Positions 58,905-64,000 of a DNA stretch of 64,000 nt are shown here, in pieces; position 1 is the stretch's first letter, and every line of letters begins with the position of its first letter. The stretch spans positions 62,001 through 126,000 of IMG/VR virus record IMGVR_UViG_3300043411_000921; one strand, given 5' to 3'. The notes beneath the pieces were generated by a model that did not search any database, had not been told where the DNA came from, and worked only from the letters and a program-made list of their open reading frames with translations. The translations under genes and the position numbers were made by a program.

Positions 58905-61900
58905 TTACCGTCTTGGTGGATTCTCTGCTGCTCTTGGAATATGAGCAATGGTTCTTGCACCAACATTCAACTGACCAATCAGGTTTCTGTATTGGCCGAA
59001 AGCATCATTGGCTGTGAGTTTGATTGTGGAGTCAAAAGAACCTCCCTCAAACTTGTGTGTGAGCCCAGTGATGTAATAAATGTTGTCAGCAGTTGTGTTG
59101 GTGTTGAAGTCAATGAAAAGTTCCTGGCCGTAGCGAAGCATAGGACAACCAAGGGAAGTCATTGAGAGTTCAACTGGATAAATGGAAAGAGGAACACCTC
59201 CGGGTTGTTCGCCATTTGGAAGAACAGGGTTAGCGTTCAAACTTCTTTGCATGTTGATTGTGTTCAGTGCGGGGTCAGACATCGTACTCAACTCAGAAGA
59301 TTTAATCGTTGTTCCCATGCAACCATAGATGATATGAGGAACATTCTTCATCACAAGCTCTTTCAAGCGTTGTGGACCTCCAACAAATCTCCATTGCTCA
59401 ACAGTAGCTTCTCTTCTTGCTTCTGGTGAAGCATCTTGACTCATGGATAGAGGATTCACAAGAGCAATCAAACCCCTGGAAGATGCTTCTCGAACGACAC
59501 CCTCATGCAACTCTCTCCAGTTGTTTCTCAACTCATCCCTAATCTCATTTTGTCTTTGAGCACTACGAACACCTTCAACAGCAGAACTTTCATTTGCTGC
59601 TCGCTGCGTATCGTCCCCAGGAAATGTGGAAAGAGTTGCCATCAGGTTGTTTGTTGACAAAGACAAGAGTTCTCTGAAAGAACTGTTAGGAGAGCAAGCC
59701 TTGTCATAAATGTGGATTTTGAGGATTGTTTTTCCTCTTCCATTCTCAATGCTTCCTTGTAAATCACCTTTTCCTGAGCCAATAACGGCTGGGACAGCTT
59801 CAAGATCGAAGGTGAGTTGAGGCATCATGAAGTCTGTGTGCCTTCCGATGTTATTTGCCCGCATTCTAGCAAGCATTTGTTGATCGAAGTTTCTTGGGTT
59901 TGCAGCCGTGAGTTCGTTTTGATTCCTTCTATAAAGGTCTGAAATCTTGTAGGCTGGATTCATCACATCATCAACAATCCTTGTCGAAAGGAAGTTCATG
60001 AATTCCGCAACGCTGAGGTTGATTGTCCTCCCAGCGTTTTCCATACGGAGTCTGGAGTATTCTCTAATGAAATACTTCACGTTTACTGGGAATTGGGAGA
60101 TGTTGCAGCGACTCATCAGGCTTGCTTTGTTGTTGAAGTTGTAAAACCAAAGCTGAACCTCATCAAATCTTGGTTCTGTGGGCCCAGCAGTCATTTCCGC
60201 AAGAGGTTTTGCAACAAAGGCAGAAATCAAAGTTCCAAGAGAAACAACCTTTTTCCCAGACCATTGCTCGACTGTTCTGTTTAGAGCACCAGCGGCGTTG
60301 TTTCCACCCGAAGGAGCATTTGGTGATGCAAGCTGTCCGACGACAGCATCTTCGACTCTAACTCCATCAAAGTGTTCATTGTCGATTGGTTGTCCTTGTT
60401 GGCTGGAAACAAGTTTGGACCAAACATCACTTGGAATTGATTTGAGAAAGGCATCGCCATAACGACTCTCTCTCAATTGCGATTGGTTCGTATTAGTTTC
60501 AGCACTGTTGATTCGGTTAAGAGTGTTTCTGATTTCGTGGTTGATAGAACGTTGCAAAGAACCAACAGCAGAATTTCCAGAAGGTGCTCGATTGGTTCCA
60601 GTGTTTCCAATAAGATCGGTGATCCGGTTTTGGAGTTGAGTTGCTGCTGTTTGAATATCTCTTCCCAAACCACGATCTCTTGCTCTCGCTTGGAGAGTTG
60701 AACGAAGATCTCTCATTTGAGTCAAGAGTTCTCTGGTGAGAATAAGGTTGTTGGTTGCATCACTTGCAGCACTCAATCCTTGTTGCCCCCTGATTTCTCT
60801 TCTGTTGGCTTGTGCTTGAGCATTGCCGACTGTTTCTGGTGGTCGTGGAAAAGCTCGTGCTGCCAAATCGTTGATCGTTCTGGAAATCTTTGAAAGCTCA
60901 CTGATTTGGTTTTGAATTCTTCCTGCTGCACCTGGACCAACGATTGAAAGCTCACTGATTTCAGAAGCACCTCTTCCCATGCAAGACAGAGTGATATTCA
61001 CTTGTCCAACATCATCGAATTTGAAGTTGCTGGAGACGATGTTGAAGTGTTCTCTGGAACGAGTGAGGTTTAGAAGATCAGCAAAGGGGTTGTTGTCGTC
61101 TAATGTGTCTGGATGACTCCAGCCATACTCAATTTCCAAGAAGGCAGTTCCATATCTGTCTGGTTTCACGAAGTCAACGAAGTCACCGAGGCGAGAACGA
61201 TCATGTAGGACCAATTCAAGAGTTGCTGTTCTTGTTCCTTGAAGACCATAAGCACTTCTCACATCAATCGTAAAAGACTTCAGAGATGCAAGAGGTCTTG
61301 TTGGATCAATGATTGGAGCCAGATGGAGAGAGGAATCTTTCGCCGCTTCGTAGTTGATAAGAGTTTGAGGAGAGCGGAACAATTCAATTCCGGTGACAGT
61401 GTAGTTCTCAAAAGCCTGATCGGTTTGTCCAAACAGAGAAGCAGAGACCTGACTCCCCAGCGCAATAACATTCTGTGTTGGATCAGCAGAAACTTCAGAA
61501 GTTCCTTCAATGAATTTTTGGAGGGTGATTGCAGCCAGTTTTCCTCCTTCGATTGCTGGTCTGGCGGAATAAATGGTGACATTCATCACCGGAGTTGCCC
61601 TTGTCATCTCCAGTGTTGGCATTGAGTTGAAAAACACTGAGAGAAGTTCTGCATTTTTCTCTCCCGGTGCAAGGACGGGATGTTCCAACCTCAAGGCAAC
61701 AACATTTTTCTTGGCAAATGAGTTTGGATCTTCGACTTCGACGGGGAGAGCACCACCAAGATCGTTCAAAAAGATCCCATTGCTTCCTGGTTCAATGGAC
61801 ACTCCTGCTTCTGGATGAAAGTGAATCTTCACACACCTTTCAACCTGTCTTGCTCTTGTTTCAATCGTTGTTCCCAGGTTGGTTCCACGGAGAAGAGATT

Positions 61901-62288
61901 GAAGTGCTTCCTTAATGGTTGCTTCTCTTCCTTCACCAACATCAAGAACCTTTTTTGCTCCATCTCCAGGATCCAGAAGCTTTACAAACACAAGAGACAA
62001 GCCAGTGTCAGCACGAACACCTAGAAACCTTCTGTTTCTTGCAACGTCACCGGGAACAGTGGAAGCCCCAGCTTCTGGTGTTCTTGCGGTTTCTTCTTGT
62101 CTGTTGTTGAAGTCTCCAGTTGCCTGTTGAAGAGCAATGGCGGAAGCAACATCTTGACCAGATGTGAAACCGTAATAGTCTCCCAGAGTCCTTTTTAGCT
62201 CGGAGAGTCTTTGGTTGCGGAGTGCTCTTAGAGCAGAAGGGCTTTCAACTCCTGTGGAGATTGGTGGTCTTTGACCAAGTGTCAGCAT
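58905..62288 (-). CDS. Baseplate hub-like protein (gp27/gpD-like)
   Basis: LKSFTIDV...ATLELVLHD...LEIEYGW; C-terminal LGCPMLRYGQELFIDF...YYITGLTHKF...FDSTIKL; follows a LysM gene. Confidence 0.55.
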   Translation of the reverse strand: MLTLGQRPPISTGVESPSALRALRNQRLSELKRTLGDYYGFTSGQDVASAIALQQATGDFNNRQEETARTPEAGASTVPGDVARNRRFLGVRADTGLSLVFVKLLDPGDGAKKVLDVGEGREATIKEALQSLLRGTNLGTTIETRARQVERCVKIHFHPEAGVSIEPGSNGIFLNDLGGALPVEVEDPNSFAKKNVVALRLEHPVLAPGEKNAELLSVFFNSMPTLEMTRATPVMNVTIYSARPAIEGGKLAAITLQKFIEGTSEVSADPTQNVIALGSQVSASLFGQTDQAFENYTVTGIELFRSPQTLINYEAAKDSSLHLAPIIDPTRPLASLKSFTIDVRSAYGLQGTRTATLELVLHDRSRLGDFVDFVKPDRYGTAFLEIEYGWSHPDTLDDNNPFADLLNLTRSREHFNIVSSNFKFDDVGQVNITLSCMGRGASEISELSIVGPGAAGRIQNQISELSKISRTINDLAARAFPRPPETVGNAQAQANRREIRGQQGLSAASDATNNLILTRELLTQMRDLRSTLQARARDRGLGRDIQTAATQLQNRITDLIGNTGTNRAPSGNSAVGSLQRSINHEIRNTLNRINSAETNTNQSQLRESRYGDAFLKSIPSDVWSKLVSSQQGQPIDNEHFDGVRVEDAVVGQLASPNAPSGGNNAAGALNRTVEQWSGKKVVSLGTLISAFVAKPLAEMTAGPTEPRFDEVQLWFYNFNNKASLMSRCNISQFPVNVKYFIREYSRLRMENAGRTINLSVAEFMNFLSTRIVDDVMNPAYKISDLYRRNQNELTAANPRNFDQQMLARMRANNIGRHTDFMMPQLTFDLEAVPAVIGSGKGDLQGSIENGRGKTILKIHIYDKACSPNSSFRELLSLSTNNLMATLSTFPGDDTQRAANESSAVEGVRSAQRQNEIRDELRNNWRELHEGVVREASSRGLIALVNPLSMSQDASPEARREATVEQWRFVGGPQRLKELVMKNVPHIIYGCMGTTIKSSELSTMSDPALNTINMQRSLNANPVLPNGEQPGGVPLSIYPVELSMTSLGCPMLRYGQELFIDFNTNTTADNIYYITGLTHKFEGGSFDSTIKLTANDAFGQYRNLIGQLNVGARTIAHIPRAAENPPRR

Positions 62289-62306
62289 GTTCTGTAAATA
62301 CAGAAC
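62289..62306 (-). promoter_or_regulatory. TATTTA core embedded in a perfect 8-bp inverted repeat
   Basis: GTTCTGTA-AA-TACAGAAC directly before the ATG at 62288. Confidence 0.45.
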
Positions 62307-62312
62307 CTTGGA

Positions 62313-62609
62313 TTAGCCCAAATAAGCAAGAGCTTGCTGGAGATTTGGAATCACAATTCTTGTGTTTGGTTTCAGTTGAAGTCCCCAGCCAATGTCACTT
62401 GCCGCTGCAATGAGCCAGTAATACCTTCCATCTCCGTAATACTGACCCGCAAGCACATCCAGCCGAATAACTTCTTGAAGGAATATGACTGTGGTTTGGA
62501 TTCTTCCAGCTTTGACAGCAGCACGGATTTTCTGAACAGTGTCAGAGGTTCCATACCTGAATCCAAACTCAAGTCTTGGTGTTTGTGAATATCTGCTGAT
62601 TGCTGGCAT
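62313..62609 (-). CDS. LysM-like baseplate protein (gpX/gp53-like)
   Basis: RLDVLAGQYYGDGRYYWLIAAAS...IVIP. Confidence 0.8.
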   Translation of the reverse strand: MPAISRYSQTPRLEFGFRYGTSDTVQKIRAAVKAGRIQTTVIFLQEVIRLDVLAGQYYGDGRYYWLIAAASDIGWGLQLKPNTRIVIPNLQQALAYLG

Positions 62610-62614
62610 GACCC

Positions 62615-64000
62615 TTATCCTTTCCTGTTTACGAAGAGTGTCTTGCGTCCAGGATCGTAGTAGTCAACAGGGCTTGGATTGCCAGCAGTGGGCCTAGAAG
62701 GATTATCCTGGCCGTTGTTGGCAAAGAAGGTAGAACGATGACCAACGGGCCAAATGGGCGCCCACATAATCCCTTTAGCGTCAAGACCAGGAGTGATGTC
62801 GTGGATAACTGCCATTGCCATTGTGACTGTGACAAACTTTGGAGCACGAAGATAGTCACCGCCATCAGTTCCCCATTGTCCCTTGGCTTCTGAATAATCA
62901 ACCTTGAAACTCGTCACAACCCCGGCAAGACCTTTTCCTCCCGAAGATTTGAAAGCACGAACGATTGGGTTTTTGCTTTCATCGTAGAACATTGCCGGAT
63001 TCATGTCCGCTGCTCTGACTTCTGAGACAGCTTCGGGATTGTTTTCATTCGTTTGCTGTGTTTCTGTGCTTTGAGAAGCTCGGAACAACTCGACTGCTGT
63101 CATTGTTCTGTTCAAACACGCCTGGGCGCCGTTTAGCTTCCCTATTGGAACTATGATTTCGTCACTTCCTCCATTTGATGGAGTGATGGGTATTGGTGTT
63201 GAGTTTTCGGAAGCAAGATATTGAAACGGTTTCAAAACGACGGTGGCTGTGGTGTTGGAATTCCCCAACGTTCTTCGACTTCTCACTCTCTCACGACCGA
63301 CTCTTGTTCCAACCCACCTTGCTTTAATACGAACTCCTCTACCGCCCCGAACAGGGACGGAACGCCCGTTTATTGTAACTCGAAAACGATTTATTCCAGG
63401 TGTGTGCGCTGGATCCAATACAACAATGTCGTCAGGTCTGAAAACGTCGGAAGGGTTTAGTGTTCTATCGTTTGAAACCCCGGCAGTGAACGGTTTCCCT
63501 GAACGAAGAAGAGCGATGCTCTGAGTTCTTGGTGCCGCATCAAGGAATTCTCTCTCTGCTGTGGAGGTTTGAGAATTTGTTGTTGGCTGAGAAACATTTC
63601 CTGCCGTCCTGGTTCTTTGGTATTGACCATTGACATTGTATTCTTCGTCCGTAGTGATACCAAACAACCTAGCAACAGCCATCTTGCTGTAATTTGACTT
63701 GAACAAGTCTCCAAGTCTCAAGCGAATAACGGGTGTTGCTCCTGGAATCTGTGAGAACGGCTGGATGAAGTGAAGGTTGCCAACTTCAATCTTTCTTCCT
63801 TGAGTCCATTGAGGGTAAATGAACATGGCGAGTCTGTTCAGCTTGTACCACATCAAATCATGGTCTTCTGGGTTGGTTGCAACCATTTTGAACGAAACGT
63901 TGATGTTCCTGGTTGCACCCTTGTAGATCTGGACCTTATCCATGCGTCCATAACCTTCTTGAGCACTGTATTCCACACTGAAATCATCAGCAACATCCTC
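62615..64000 (-). CDS. Tail-tube initiator-like baseplate protein, 5'-partial
   Basis: YGRMDKVQIYKGATRNINVSF, IYPQW, PVIRLRLGDLF, GVVTSFKVDY; frame stays open to the window edge. Confidence 0.6.
   Translation of the reverse strand, partial: EDVADDFSVEYSAQEGYGRMDKVQIYKGATRNINVSFKMVATNPEDHDLMWYKLNRLAMFIYPQWTQGRKIEVGNLHFIQPFSQIPGATPVIRLRLGDLFKSNYSKMAVARLFGITTDEEYNVNGQYQRTRTAGNVSQPTTNSQTSTAEREFLDAAPRTQSIALLRSGKPFTAGVSNDRTLNPSDVFRPDDIVVLDPAHTPGINRFRVTINGRSVPVRGGRGVRIKARWVGTRVGRERVRSRRTLGNSNTTATVVLKPFQYLASENSTPIPITPSNGGSDEIIVPIGKLNGAQACLNRTMTAVELFRASQSTETQQTNENNPEAVSEVRAADMNPAMFYDESKNPIVRAFKSSGGKGLAGVVTSFKVDYSEAKGQWGTDGGDYLRAPKFVTVTMAMAVIHDITPGLDAKGIMWAPIWPVGHRSTFFANNGQDNPSRPTAGNPSPVDYYDPGRKTLFVNRKG

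Noticed and set aside
1-64000. Numerous antisense and alternate-frame ORFs (e.g. 16140-17156, 22670-23776, 24170-24964, 5435-6214)
   Set aside because: They shadow well-supported genes, lack recognisable motifs, and are expected from codon bias.
1-64000. tRNA or rRNA genes
   Set aside because: No cloverleaf or rRNA-like sequence recognised in the short intergenic gaps; a tRNAscan-SE/Aragorn run would be needed to exclude them fully.

Overview
64 kb of a large (jumbo/huge) myovirus-type phage genome in the standard genetic code. Left (1-10 kb): small enzymes and hypotheticals, including an ADP-ribosyltransferase, RuvC-like resolvase, gp4/TnsA-like nuclease, Nudix, RNA ligase, IMPDH/GMPR and a Cas4-like nuclease. 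10-24 kb: a 15-gene glycan cluster (glycosyltransferases, epimerase, perosamine-synthase-like and ColD-like PLP enzymes, methyltransferase, UDP-glucose dehydrogenase). 24-54.6 kb: a late-sigma-like gene, then a baseplate/tail module interrupted by a free-standing endonuclease. 54.7-64 kb (minus strand): hub/LysM/tube-initiator genes, then PolA, HD, SSB, RecA. Features missed by the ORF track: (1) an ORF-less 283-nt group I intron splitting a GT4 glycosyltransferase, directly after a decayed Vsr/EDxHD-like endonuclease; (2) a ~29-37 bp dispersed repeat in four copies, three inside genes in two reading frames; (3) a TANTTA motif before late genes; (4) shared MK(L/I)xxxLF(x)E-like N-termini resembling capsid-targeting peptides; (5) strong S-G-S enrichment in tail proteins. 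All family assignments come from motif recognition by eye, not database searches.
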